NCBI GenBank assembly: GCA_000004985.1
Contig: GG738859.1
Source of the DNA: Naegleria gruberi
Lineage: Eukaryota
Reading direction: 5' to 3' (one strand)
DNA length: 64,000 nt
The number at the start of each line of letters is the position of its first letter. Position 1 is the first letter of the stretch. Under the pieces are notes generated by a model. The model had not been told where the DNA came from. It did no database searches and saw only the letters and a program-made list of their open reading frames with translations. Below are positions 26,069-36,711 of the stretch, one piece after another. Both the position numbers and the translations under genes were made by a program.

Positions 26069-26665
26069 TTTTTTTATCTATTGAGCTTCAATTATCTTGT
26101 TGTTTCTTTGTCTTTGGATTATTGGACTAACGATATCATTTGTTTGGTTGATGTACAGTGTGGTAATTTGGATTTGTAAATCTTATAACAATGAGACAAC
26201 AAGCTGAAATAAATAATCACTCGATTTACTCCTTACCAAAGATTATTGAGTATAACAGTATAAGGGAGAGGTGGGAATGATGCAGTGTAAGTTATTTCTT
26301 CTTTGGAGTTTGGTTCTTTTTCATTCAACTTGATATTCGAATAATTGTTTGAGTCCTCAATACCATAACACATGGAAGAGAATTGCTTATTTATGTCACC
26401 AGTAACACAATGATGACAGCAAGGTGGCTTTGAACTTAATGCAATTGCTTGTTGATGTGTTTTGAAGCTATGGGAGTACTTGTAATCTCAAAATGGTACC
26501 TAACCCTAAATGGAAAAGATTGCAAAAAAGTGTTTTCTTATTTCTAAAAACAACTAATAAAGGACAACTGTTGATTATCTCCAACAATAATTGCGAGGAA
26601 GTTACGTTTGTTGCAACAATCAAGAAACATCAATCTCAAAAACAAACTAGAAAAAACAACAGAGA

Positions 26666-28390
26666 ATGTCACTCACTGTTTATTCGAAACCATCATCATT
26701 ATTCGAAATTAATGAAATACTTAATACAGTTTCCTCCCTTTATGCTTCATCTTTAAATTCTACAACTAACACCTCAATGATACCATGTGATTTGCGGATT
26801 TTTGAAATGTCATACCTCTCAACAAAACCCAACATGACAGCACAAGATTATAACAATATTTGCCCCGACACAATATTCGTTCCAATAGTTGCATGGATTG
26901 AAATTGCAATCTTCATTCCCTTATTTCTTCTCTCATTTATTGGAATTATTTGGAAGAGAAAAAGTGGACACATACAGGCGAGGAATCTCTCTTGTCTAAT
27001 TCCCATACTCATTGCTTCCTTTTTCTCAACCATCTTCCCATCATTGAGGTGGGCCTTAGGGAGAGATCTCTTTCCGTGTGGTGTTTTAATTTTTATATTA
27101 TTTCACACGTCGTGGGCAATGATTCTACCGCCAATACTTAATATGTTTTCCTTTATTGTGAGACATGCCTTGTACAGGTTATTGACTGGGAATTTTAAGG
27201 ATTTGAGTGATCAGTTGGGAATGGATAGGAATTCATTAAAATTAGATGTTAAAAAACTTTCGAATACGATGGAGGAAATGCAACACGCAGCCGAGTCGGT
27301 CATGCAAAATTCGACATCGATAGGATCTGTCAGCACTTTGCAATCAAATTCCGATCTAACAGCCACAAAAAGCAAATCAAAAAGTGCTGATTTAGTGAGT
27401 ACTATTGGCTCTTTGGATTTTACTCCAAATGAAGTGAGATTATTCAAATTTTACAAGTTTTTATTAAGTGCCAAATTTCGAGTACTGACCTATTTGATTT
27501 GTTTTGTGATTCACATATCGTTGTGGTTGATTTTGGGCTTAATTCAATTGACCAATCCTGAGTCTGCCTCTCCATATTACAATACTGGAATTAACAATTT
27601 TTTTGGAGCTTGTACGATGCATTCAGGAACAGTGGCAGTTTTCTGTGGATTATTTGCATCTTACTTGGCTGCTCTGGTTGTCCTGCTCTTGATTTCCTTC
27701 TTCTTGGAGAAGGATACATGGGGAATCAAAATAGAAACTTCAGTAATGAGCATTCTCCTCCTCATTGCTGTCATTAATTATCTTGTCTGTCCATACATTA
27801 CCATTATAAGAACTTATACTGATTATTTCTTTCCGTATGGTCAATCGATGGTTATGTATTCCATCATTCAACTCTTTGTTTTTGTAACCATTCCACTGTG
27901 CAGATCCATAAAAGGAGATGGGATATTTCCAGAGGAAATTGCTTCCACAATGTTCGAAAGAATTCTCCTCAATAAGGAAACTTTCAAAATAGCCCTCGAT
28001 TTCAGCAGGAGATCCTACTGTTCAGAACCAGTCCTATGTTTCGACAATATTGAAAATTATAAGAAAGCTCGAAGAAAATCAAACAAGCTCAAAATTGCAC
28101 TTCACATTCTCAATACCCATCTGAAGAAAGGTGCTCCACTCGAGTTGAATATTGACAAGATTGAGGAACGATTCAAATCACTCCAAGAGAACATTTCCAA
28201 TCAGGATGAGAAGAAAATTGATGAAGAAGTTGGATTGTTGAGAATTCACTGTTTACAAGACATGTCTGAAATGATGTATCGATTGATTTTGAGTGATAAG
28301 GTAGTTAAAGAGGTGGCAATGATGAATTCTGGTAAAATTCCAGTGGATTCACTAAATTCACCAGTTTCGTCTGAACTTTCTAATGTTTAA
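26666..28390 (+). CDS. seven-transmembrane receptor with C-terminal RGS domain (7TM-RGS)
   Basis: About 7 hydrophobic helices in the N-terminal 400 aa, then an RGS-like segment (IASTMFERILLNKETFKIALDFSRRSYCSEPVLCFDNIENYKKA...). Confidence 0.6.
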   Translation: MSLTVYSKPSSLFEINEILNTVSSLYASSLNSTTNTSMIPCDLRIFEMSYLSTKPNMTAQDYNNICPDTIFVPIVAWIEIAIFIPLFLLSFIGIIWKRKSGHIQARNLSCLIPILIASFFSTIFPSLRWALGRDLFPCGVLIFILFHTSWAMILPPILNMFSFIVRHALYRLLTGNFKDLSDQLGMDRNSLKLDVKKLSNTMEEMQHAAESVMQNSTSIGSVSTLQSNSDLTATKSKSKSADLVSTIGSLDFTPNEVRLFKFYKFLLSAKFRVLTYLICFVIHISLWLILGLIQLTNPESASPYYNTGINNFFGACTMHSGTVAVFCGLFASYLAALVVLLLISFFLEKDTWGIKIETSVMSILLLIAVINYLVCPYITIIRTYTDYFFPYGQSMVMYSIIQLFVFVTIPLCRSIKGDGIFPEEIASTMFERILLNKETFKIALDFSRRSYCSEPVLCFDNIENYKKARRKSNKLKIALHILNTHLKKGAPLELNIDKIEERFKSLQENISNQDEKKIDEEVGLLRIHCLQDMSEMMYRLILSDKVVKEVAMMNSGKIPVDSLNSPVSSELSNV

Positions 28391-28407
28391 TTTTGAGATT
28401 GAACAAA

Positions 28408-30807
28408 ATGTCACAAAGTGCCAACTTAAGAAAGTGTACCAGAAATGTTTCAATTTGTGGTGAATACGCGAGCGGAAAATCGACTCTCGCCCAATTACTA
28501 ATCAACCATGATTTAACAAACAATGTAAAAACACAAATTCTATTCGAAAGTACTTTCCAATCACAATTATATTCTACAAGTAAAAAATTAAATTCCTCTG
28601 ATCATCAAGAATATTCCATCAATTTATTGGATTGTCCTGGTAGGTTAGAATTAGTCTCCCAAGTCAGCACAAGTTTCAGATTGACCGATAGTTGCATAAT
28701 GTTATTCGATTCCACTTCAAAACTGGGGAAATATACAGAATTAATTACGAGACAAATTTCACAAGAGAATATTCCTCTTCTTATAATGTTAAACAAATTG
28801 GACGACTTGTTGATGGATTGCGATTTTAGTTTGGAAGAAATTTACAAATTATTATTGAAAATTATTGATTCGGTCAACTTGATGATTAGTACAAGTTGTA
28901 GTGATGTGAGTGGTGGTAAATTGAGTTTGGAAAATGTGGTGTTTGGATCTGTCAAGCAGGGATGGGCATTTACATTGAAAGATTTTGCCAAGTTTTATTC
29001 GAAACAATTAGGAATGAATCAAGAAGAATTGGTAGAGAAATTGTGGGGTGATTATTATTATGACACAGAAAATGGCCAATGGATGAATCAATCGAATGAA
29101 AATGTATTAGAAAGGGGGTTCTGTCAATTTATTTTGAAACCTATTCGAAATGTCTTATTGGCTTGTGGCGATTCACATTTTCATCAAGTAGAAGAATTGC
29201 TAAATCCTTTTGGAGTAACTCTTTCAGAATATGATGACCATTCAAAGAAAGAATTAACCAATTCAATCATCATGCAGAAATGGTTGCCAGCCAGTGATTC
29301 AATCCATGACTTGATTTGTAATAGTTTACCTTCTCCTGAAATGGCTCAACAATACAGAGCTCAAAATCTCTATTCTGGTTTACTTTCCGATAAATTTGGG
29401 TCAGCAATCAAGAATTGTGATCCAAATGGTCCTTTAATGATTCACATTTCTTCAAACAACATTGTAAATGGAAAGATTTATGCAGTGGGTAGAATATTTT
29501 CAGGATCTTTGAAATCAGACACATTAATTAGAATATTTTATTCAAAGGATGTATTTGAGGAAAAAGTGCTTGGTGGAATGGTAAATTTCAATGGTTTACT
29601 TGTTGAACCAATTGAAGAGGCAAGTTGTGAATTCAATTCGATTGTTGGACTGGTTGGAATTGAAAAGTATCTAACAAACAAGGGAGCTACCATTACTGAG
29701 AGCACAGAATTGGAAGCTAAATCATTTACTAGTGTGAATTCTCTCAATTTTCCAAAGATTAATATTTATGTGGAACCTAAAAAACAAGTTAATCTTCCTA
29801 AAATCATCAAAGGAATGGAACTGATTGCCAAATGTGATTCTTCAATTTCCCTATCTTTGGATGAAGAAACTGGAGAGAAAATACTAACAATATTGACTGA
29901 ATCTCATTTGAATTCAGTGCTAGATCAATTCCAACAACTATATCCAAATATTGAACTTGAATTGTCTGAACCAATATTAAAATATCAAGAAACTGTAACA
30001 ACTGAATCAGCCAATATAACGTTTGTGAAAACTCCAAACAAGCACAATAGATTATGGCTCACAGCTAAAACTCTCCAAGAAGAGATATCCAATTATATTG
30101 AATCAGGAAAATTACCAGAAGATTCTACGGAAAGAGCCAGAGTATTGAACGAGAGGTTTGGATGGGATCCTCTGGATGCCAGAAAGATTTGGTCATTCGG
30201 TAGAGATACTACTAGAAATATTGGAGCCAATGCAAATGCATTCGTCGATCAGACAAAAGGAGTTCAATACTTGAATGAGATTAGGGATTCGATTTGTCTT
30301 GGTTTCCATATTGCTGCACAAGAAGGTCCTTTATGCAATGAATTAATGCGAGGTGTTCGTTTCAATCTCAAAGATGTGACCCTGCATTGTGATGCTCTTC
30401 GTAGATCAACTGGGCAAATATCATCAGTAGCAAAGAGAGGTTGTTACGCCTCCATGTTAGATGCACAACCAACCCTAATGGAACCAACATTATTAATGGA
30501 ATTTAAATGTGGACAATCTCAATTGGGAACTCTCTTTTCAATTCTCAATGAAAGGAGAGGAATTGTGTTGGAACAGGAAAATTTCAAATCTTCAACCTTT
30601 GGAAAAGCTTATTTACCAGTTTCGGAATCGTTCGGAGTTGTGGACCATTTGAATAAGCTAAATATTTCTTCTCAATTCATTTTCGATCATTGGAAACCAA
30701 TTACTGCAAACTCAACTCGATTATTAGAAATTGTGAATAGAATTCGTCTCAGAAAAGGACTGCCCGAACAAGTTCCCACCTACACCGAACTAGTAGATAA
30801 ATTATAA
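28408..30807 (+). CDS. divergent eEF2-family paralogue lacking the G3 catalytic His and the diphthamide His
   Basis: Strong eEF2 blocks (WAFTLKDFAKFY...KLWGDYYYD, GPLMIHISS...YAVGRIFSG, FDHWKPI...RKGLPEQVP). G1 reads SGKST, G3 reads DCPGR and G4 reads NKLD. ATG at 28408. Confidence 0.8.
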   Translation: MSQSANLRKCTRNVSICGEYASGKSTLAQLLINHDLTNNVKTQILFESTFQSQLYSTSKKLNSSDHQEYSINLLDCPGRLELVSQVSTSFRLTDSCIMLFDSTSKLGKYTELITRQISQENIPLLIMLNKLDDLLMDCDFSLEEIYKLLLKIIDSVNLMISTSCSDVSGGKLSLENVVFGSVKQGWAFTLKDFAKFYSKQLGMNQEELVEKLWGDYYYDTENGQWMNQSNENVLERGFCQFILKPIRNVLLACGDSHFHQVEELLNPFGVTLSEYDDHSKKELTNSIIMQKWLPASDSIHDLICNSLPSPEMAQQYRAQNLYSGLLSDKFGSAIKNCDPNGPLMIHISSNNIVNGKIYAVGRIFSGSLKSDTLIRIFYSKDVFEEKVLGGMVNFNGLLVEPIEEASCEFNSIVGLVGIEKYLTNKGATITESTELEAKSFTSVNSLNFPKINIYVEPKKQVNLPKIIKGMELIAKCDSSISLSLDEETGEKILTILTESHLNSVLDQFQQLYPNIELELSEPILKYQETVTTESANITFVKTPNKHNRLWLTAKTLQEEISNYIESGKLPEDSTERARVLNERFGWDPLDARKIWSFGRDTTRNIGANANAFVDQTKGVQYLNEIRDSICLGFHIAAQEGPLCNELMRGVRFNLKDVTLHCDALRRSTGQISSVAKRGCYASMLDAQPTLMEPTLLMEFKCGQSQLGTLFSILNERRGIVLEQENFKSSTFGKAYLPVSESFGVVDHLNKLNISSQFIFDHWKPITANSTRLLEIVNRIRLRKGLPEQVPTYTELVDKL

Positions 30808-30935
30808 CTCTGCCTACAGTTTCATCACAGGAATCTAGGAATGGACAAAGCCACAACAAACAAGAAACACTTTTTTATTCACTAAGACCAAATATTAAGG
30901 ATAATTAAACTGTGAATTGTCTCACTAATCATGCG

Positions 30936-32099
30936 TTAAAATTGATTCCTATTGGGTGTTTCCCAAAGTGGAATTTCTGTAAATTCGTTTGTGGGATCAA
31001 TCAGGATTGGAGTTTCGTTTCTAATAGATGGAGTCCAGTGAGAAATTTCAGATTTTATAGAATCTACTCTGAATTCCTCCTTTCGAACAATATCTACAGT
31101 ATTCACAGCTGCTTGAGATTTGGCATCTCTTTTAATGGTTTCAACAGTATCATTTGAGCTAGCTCTAATTTCTATCATGATATTATCCAAAGGACCAAAT
31201 GAAAACGTTACAAAAACACAAAATGATAACAAGGTTATTTTGTGGAAAAGAATGCATACGGGATAAATCTGAATAAATATTCCAAATGCAGCAGATCCTA
31301 CTATCAATGAAATCAAATTGAAAATTGCCATATAAAGTTGGCCAAATGTTAATAAAAGCAAATTTCTACATGATTTCTTACGTTGCTCTGTGATTGGAAA
31401 CTTTTGATTGAGTAATAACTTTCTGATAAGCAACACAACAATAGCCATATTTAGTAATGAGTAATAAATTGTTACTAAACTTGTAATTGAAATGTAAAGT
31501 CCAAACATGGCTTCACCAACTTGTTTGAAAATAAGAAAATCCGTTTCAGACAATAGCTTCCTGTCAGCGTCATAATATCTGAATATATTTGAAGAGATTA
31601 CAAAACCAACAATTATTACGAAAATCAAGTTGACTGTTACAATCAGCGAAATGCTCAATATTGTGATAAATCGTGAAATATAGTGTCTCTTCTTATTCAT
31701 TCTCATCCATTCATGTGATTTGTTAAAGAATAATTGATTTAAAATCTTTGTAATAAAACATTGGCAATTGACACAAGCAGCAATTGACAAGTAAAAGATA
31801 GATTGTTCCAATGATGAACTGACTACTATATAAATTACTTCCAAATCAAGTAGTAAACAAATACAAGTACCCAATCCAACAATTTGAAAAATTTCTTCCA
31901 ATATAAATAATGATAGAATTACTGAATAAAGTATTTTCTTATTGGAAACCATTTTCTTATAATTTAAAATAAAAATTGAAAGCATAAACAATGTTATGAT
32001 AAGGAATATGAAGAATCCGATTCCATCGAATATAATTTTAAAGCTGCACGTCACTGTTCTCACTAAATGAGGTGTCGTCGCATTCACATCAGTTGACAT
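30936..32099 (-). CDS. multipass (about 7TM) membrane protein, receptor-like, with hydrophilic C-terminal tail
   Basis: 387 aa ORF with seven hydrophobic segments and no recognisable family motif. Confidence 0.45.
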   Translation of the reverse strand: MSTDVNATTPHLVRTVTCSFKIIFDGIGFFIFLIITLFMLSIFILNYKKMVSNKKILYSVILSLFILEEIFQIVGLGTCICLLLDLEVIYIVVSSSLEQSIFYLSIAACVNCQCFITKILNQLFFNKSHEWMRMNKKRHYISRFITILSISLIVTVNLIFVIIVGFVISSNIFRYYDADRKLLSETDFLIFKQVGEAMFGLYISITSLVTIYYSLLNMAIVVLLIRKLLLNQKFPITEQRKKSCRNLLLLTFGQLYMAIFNLISLIVGSAAFGIFIQIYPVCILFHKITLLSFCVFVTFSFGPLDNIMIEIRASSNDTVETIKRDAKSQAAVNTVDIVRKEEFRVDSIKSEISHWTPSIRNETPILIDPTNEFTEIPLWETPNRNQF

Positions 32100-32170
32100 T
32101 TTTTAAAAACCTTGATTATCTCTGTAAATTCTTTATGGCAATAAAAAAGTCCAATAAAAAATTACTTGTA

Positions 32171-33019
32171 CTATTTATTCGATATAACTTCCAATTTGAT
32201 AAACCATCCTCCATCTACAGCTTGTTTTTCATCAGCAGCTCCAACAGGACATGTCCAACCACAATATCCACCCCCAGTCAATGAAATAATTTGGTCATCC
32301 TTTGAGAAATTCCAAGTTCCATAACTACAATAACCGTTATGTAAAAAGCTAACACTGAATTTGAAAGGAGTACCACTCAGATCACACATTGCTCTTCCGT
32401 CATCGACTGAACCCCCTTCACAACCAAAACAAGTTGCATACGAAACTTCCTTTGTTTTCCAATTATGATGATTACATACGCCAGTTGACTTGGAAAATGT
32501 ATGATCTCCTGTATGAATCATTAAAGTTTCTGGATTAATTCTCAATCGATACCAACGAGTTATAATATCAGCATCATTCCAACTCCAGGGTTTTCTTCTA
32601 GGAACAGTATAGGTTGAGTAATTATTAGTTGGAGAAGGCAAAATTAAATAGTAACAATTCTTGGCTCCTTGATAGAATGTATATGTTCCATAATTTGGTA
32701 TTTCAAATTCTTGATATCTGTACGAACAAGAAACCAAATACCAATTCCAACAAGTCAACTGAAAACTCAAACAAGTCTCCTCATCATTCTCAATAAACCC
32801 AAAAATCTCCCTCAATAAATCATCAGGAATTACAAATGTTTCCATCACTGATTTTTTATATTGTGATTCAACACTTTGGAATAATAAATCATTAATATTG
32901 GAGAGGAATTGGTGGGATGATGAGGTTGTGGACGTTTCATCAGAATGATGATCCTTCTTGTTGTGATGAGAAGAGGAATTTGATGATGAATTTTTAGAGA
33001 AGAGTTTGCGAAGGACCAT
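32171..33019 (-). CDS. F-box-like protein with Cys/Trp-rich C-terminal domain
   Basis: IPDDLLREIFGFI resembles the F-box core. N-terminal S-rich tract. 282 aa. Confidence 0.45.
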   Translation of the reverse strand: MVLRKLFSKNSSSNSSSHHNKKDHHSDETSTTSSSHQFLSNINDLLFQSVESQYKKSVMETFVIPDDLLREIFGFIENDEETCLSFQLTCWNWYLVSCSYRYQEFEIPNYGTYTFYQGAKNCYYLILPSPTNNYSTYTVPRRKPWSWNDADIITRWYRLRINPETLMIHTGDHTFSKSTGVCNHHNWKTKEVSYATCFGCEGGSVDDGRAMCDLSGTPFKFSVSFLHNGYCSYGTWNFSKDDQIISLTGGGYCGWTCPVGAADEKQAVDGGWFIKLEVISNK

Positions 33020-33116
33020 GTTGGGGCAATTTTTTTAAAGTTTTCTTGATGAAACCTTGATGAACTTTATTACAATGAGTGTTCAATCAATCATTTTGAA
33101 TTCTGTTTGACAATAT

Positions 33117-33791
33117 TTAATTAGCGAATTGATCATACTGAGCTCTCACAGCAACCATTTGATCAGGATACAACAATCCAACAAATCCCAAAATACCATA
33201 ATAGGAAGCAGATAAAGCTGCAATAATCAAAGCCATCACTAATGGTTTCTTCAATTTATATCCAAGAGCAATATTCAATCCATAAATAGTATGATACAAT
33301 CCACATGCCAATAAGAATCCAAAGAATCCCAAAGCACCTACCATACCCATTTCCTTCTCAGCCACAAAAGCAATTGAAGCAAATGAAGCATTAAATGAAT
33401 TTTTAAATCTATTACCAAAAATGTGCATTGGAATAAGGAATGAAAGAATATATCCAGTAATACTGTGTAATTTCTTTGATAATGAAGCTGTTGCTGCTTC
33501 GACTTCTGCTGCCTTCTTTTGAGTGAATGAGAGAAGTGAATTGACAAACATGTGAACAGCAAGTGGAGCGAATACGACCAAACCCTCAACAATCATATTT
33601 GGTCTATAAATTCCTCTAGTTGTTTCCAGAACAGAATCATATTTCAATGGAGATAAGGCTGCAGAAATAGTTGTAGCCACGTGTAAGGTTACAAAAACTG
33701 AGAAGGTAATTCCCGACCAACGTTGCAATTGCTTCAACATTTTAGGAGGTGGTGATGGTGGAACGGACATTGACTTGGCGCTTTGAGACAT
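33117..33791 (-). CDS. multipass membrane protein of unknown function
   Basis: 224 aa ORF with 5-6 hydrophobic helices and a Pro-rich N-terminus. Confidence 0.45.
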   Translation of the reverse strand: MSQSAKSMSVPPSPPPKMLKQLQRWSGITFSVFVTLHVATTISAALSPLKYDSVLETTRGIYRPNMIVEGLVVFAPLAVHMFVNSLLSFTQKKAAEVEAATASLSKKLHSITGYILSFLIPMHIFGNRFKNSFNASFASIAFVAEKEMGMVGALGFFGFLLACGLYHTIYGLNIALGYKLKKPLVMALIIAALSASYYGILGFVGLLYPDQMVAVRAQYDQFAN

Positions 33792-34299
33792 TTTTTTTAA
33801 GGGTTTTTGTTGTTGAATGTGTTTGTTGAGTGGATGAGAGTGTTTGGAGAATTTTAAATGCTAATTGGAGTTTTATCAATTTAAATTCTACTGTAAAGAG
33901 GTGTGGGTGTATTAAATGGAGAGGGGTTATGTCAGGTAAATGTTGAAAAGGCCTCAAACACGTGTTTTGAATAGTATATTAAGAGAGTGTTTGCTTAATA
34001 TTGTCCATGAAAGTTCACTTTATGAATTCACAAATTTTTACAATGTTAACCATTTCACAATATCAATGGAAGCCTTATCAAAGTAAAAACTTGAAAAACA
34101 ACCATTTTCCATAACAACATTATTGTTGTAAACTATTTAAATAAATGCAAATAAAATCAAAAAAAAATGCAAACTTCAACTGATAACCCCACACAAATCA
34201 ATCAACTCTCAGAACAATTTCTGTTTGCACTTTCTCTTGAAGAATCCAATCCACATCAAATGTTTTCCATGGTGCTAGCCTAAGAGTGGATGTAGTTGG

Positions 34300-34352
34300 T
34301 GGTGTAGCCGGTAGCCGGTTACAGCCGGATGGTAGTGCGGGTAGTCGGAAGC
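34300..34352. repeat. left subterminal repeat array (GTAGCCGG / CAGCCGG / GTAGTCGG units)
   Basis: ggtgtagccggtagccggttacagccggatggtagtgcgggtagtcgg lies directly inside the left TIR. Confidence 0.5.
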
Positions 34353-34400
34353 TGTTGAATACACCTTCAAAGCCAAAAATTAATAATAAAAGTTCTATTT

Positions 34401-36341
34401 TTAAAATTTAACTTTATGAAAATTCATGAAAAACGAGTATTGGTTGAACATTTCTTTGCCAGCAATATTATGAATCAAACATTTACCAATTATTTGATTT
34501 AGTGCAACATAGCCTGTTGTTACATGAATGTTTGAATCAATTAATCTATATCCAATAATTGGATGAACCGAAGAGAGACACTTTTTGATGTTGGTGAAAT
34601 ATACTTTTTGCTCTTTAACCTCAACAAATTGACCAACAAGTAAGGAACCATCCTTTGCCTTAAATAAAATAAATTCTTTGTTTTGTACAATTGGAATCCA
34701 TTTCTTGTTTTCAGATTGATTTCTTACCCAAGGATAATTGATGTTAATTTGTCTTTGAAGTTTTTCAAAATTCGCTCCTCGTTGTTCTAAATTTTTGTGA
34801 TTGGAAGAGTCATTAAATTGTTTGAAAACTTTGTGTTTCAATTCAAAAAGCAATGCCCAGAAGAACCTGGCATTTCCCCACTTCAAACAATCTTCAAAAA
34901 TATGAGAATTCCAATGAAAATTAGGATTTGTAAAATTACCATTACCATATAGGGAAATGACTTGTTTCCTGAAATTGAAATGTTTCAATTTTGCAATTTC
35001 AATGTTTGAAGGTGAAACCAAATCTTGAATCAAAGAAAGTACGTATTCTACGTGATTTGACCAACATATAATATGTTTCTTCTTCAAACTGAATGAAACA
35101 TCACAGTGATTCTTATTATTAATAAGAAAATCATAGATAATTGGGCAACTAAAAACCACGAATTCCAAAAAATGATCTGCTGAACAATCATTGTAATCTT
35201 TTGCAATCATTTTCAAAGGTTTACCATGATTGTTTGTATACTTGTCCATAACAGACTGAAAATCACTTAAAATGTTGGTGTAATTGAAATATTTGAAAAA
35301 TTTTTTAAGGTGTCTCCTTAAATCACCTTGAATAGAACCATGCATTAATTCAACAGTTGAATTTTCAAAAATATCACAATCCTTAATTTGTAAAAACGGA
35401 CACTTCATTTGAGTATTGTTACTTTGTCGAACTTTTTCTTTTACCTGTTTGGATTTTTTGGACTTGGAATCAATCTGCATATCTTTGATTTGAATATCAG
35501 CGACTGTAATAAACTTGTAGCCATTACATGAGGTACCAATTGATAATTTTTGTTGCATTTCAATTGCTTCAGTAACAGTTCTTAAAGGATAGACTAAAGG
35601 TGTTGAAATGTCATTAGGACATTTACAATAATCTCCTTTTGGGCATTTACATTTAGAACATGTATAGCTTTCAAGAAATAATGATAGCCATCTTTGTACA
35701 GAATCCCAAATCCAAGGACCTATTAGAATTCGAATCTTTTCAATTGAATCAGTGTAAGAGTTATAAACATCAATTGATTTTCCATTAATTTCATTCAACT
35801 CTTCAACTAGTTTTGTTGCTAATTTGAATTGGGAAATATTTGTTTTTGAATTTCCTAGTAATGAAATTGATTCCATATTCGAAGTAAGAAAGCTTCGATT
35901 AAAATTCAATAAGGTGAAATATAATCCTGCTGTTTTGTCTGTACCTGTTCTATGTTTTCTAAATTCATCAATATAATACATAATGACAATTGGTGTTTCG
36001 TCTGGTGAACATTTCTTTTTCAATTCTTGAAATCCTTTTGATGCGTATGGTTCATAATTGAATAATGGTTCTTTTGTTAAATCCTCTGGCTTATTACCAT
36101 TATGTATCTTTTTTGCAATAAACGGATCTGCATATAAATATTTGATACAATTTACAACACCATAGTATACATATTGGTCCTGTTCAGTATCATTTTCATC
36201 AATTATTGGTTGTTGAGTTTTGAAATATTTACATCTGGTTTGAATTTGATCGTATGAAAGACATTCTTGACCACATAATTTCAGTATTTCAGTTGTATAA
36301 TTGTATTGTTCTTTTGTAAACTGTTTGGATTTCAACATCAT
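34401..36341 (-). CDS. transposase-like protein with CxC zinc-chelating motif (CSKCKCPKGDYCKCPND); possible KDZ/EnSpm-like transposase
   Basis: 646 aa ORF inside the TIR-bounded element. The CxC cluster resembles zinc-chelating modules associated with KDZ transposases. The family assignment is an inference. Confidence 0.45.
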   Translation of the reverse strand: MMLKSKQFTKEQYNYTTEILKLCGQECLSYDQIQTRCKYFKTQQPIIDENDTEQDQYVYYGVVNCIKYLYADPFIAKKIHNGNKPEDLTKEPLFNYEPYASKGFQELKKKCSPDETPIVIMYYIDEFRKHRTGTDKTAGLYFTLLNFNRSFLTSNMESISLLGNSKTNISQFKLATKLVEELNEINGKSIDVYNSYTDSIEKIRILIGPWIWDSVQRWLSLFLESYTCSKCKCPKGDYCKCPNDISTPLVYPLRTVTEAIEMQQKLSIGTSCNGYKFITVADIQIKDMQIDSKSKKSKQVKEKVRQSNNTQMKCPFLQIKDCDIFENSTVELMHGSIQGDLRRHLKKFFKYFNYTNILSDFQSVMDKYTNNHGKPLKMIAKDYNDCSADHFLEFVVFSCPIIYDFLINNKNHCDVSFSLKKKHIICWSNHVEYVLSLIQDLVSPSNIEIAKLKHFNFRKQVISLYGNGNFTNPNFHWNSHIFEDCLKWGNARFFWALLFELKHKVFKQFNDSSNHKNLEQRGANFEKLQRQININYPWVRNQSENKKWIPIVQNKEFILFKAKDGSLLVGQFVEVKEQKVYFTNIKKCLSSVHPIIGYRLIDSNIHVTTGYVALNQIIGKCLIHNIAGKEMFNQYSFFMNFHKVKF

Positions 36342-36393
36342 GAAACTATGCCATTCTAATTCATTAGCGAATGGAGCAAACTTATTTGAAGGA

Positions 36394-36705
36394 TCAGTGT
36401 TCTTTTGTAATATGTTTCAACAACGTTTCAGATTTGACACAACTATAATCACATAAACAACATCCAAGTTTTTCCTTAGTAAAATTTTTACACTCAGAGT
36501 TTTCACAGTTACATTTAATTTGAATCTTGAATTTTGCACTTGAAATTGGTTGGTAAAATACTGTGTGTAAAGATTTCTTGCAAGAATCACAGCGTCTTTC
36601 AAAATAGATACCTTGTTCCTTGTTATTTTGTAAAGACATTTTTTTTCGTCTAAAAACTGGCTTTCGACTGAAAATTCGAATCAAAAAAAACACAATAAAA
36701 AACAC
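36394..36705 (-). CDS. C2H2-type zinc-finger ORF just upstream of the transposase-like ORF; possibly its 5' exon
   Basis: CDSCKKSLH...CLCDYSCVKSETLLKHITKEH, same strand, 50 bp upstream of the 34401..36341 ORF. Confidence 0.3.
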   Translation of the reverse strand: MFFIVFFLIRIFSRKPVFRRKKMSLQNNKEQGIYFERRCDSCKKSLHTVFYQPISSAKFKIQIKCNCENSECKNFTKEKLGCCLCDYSCVKSETLLKHITKEH

Positions 36706-36711
36706 AATAAA

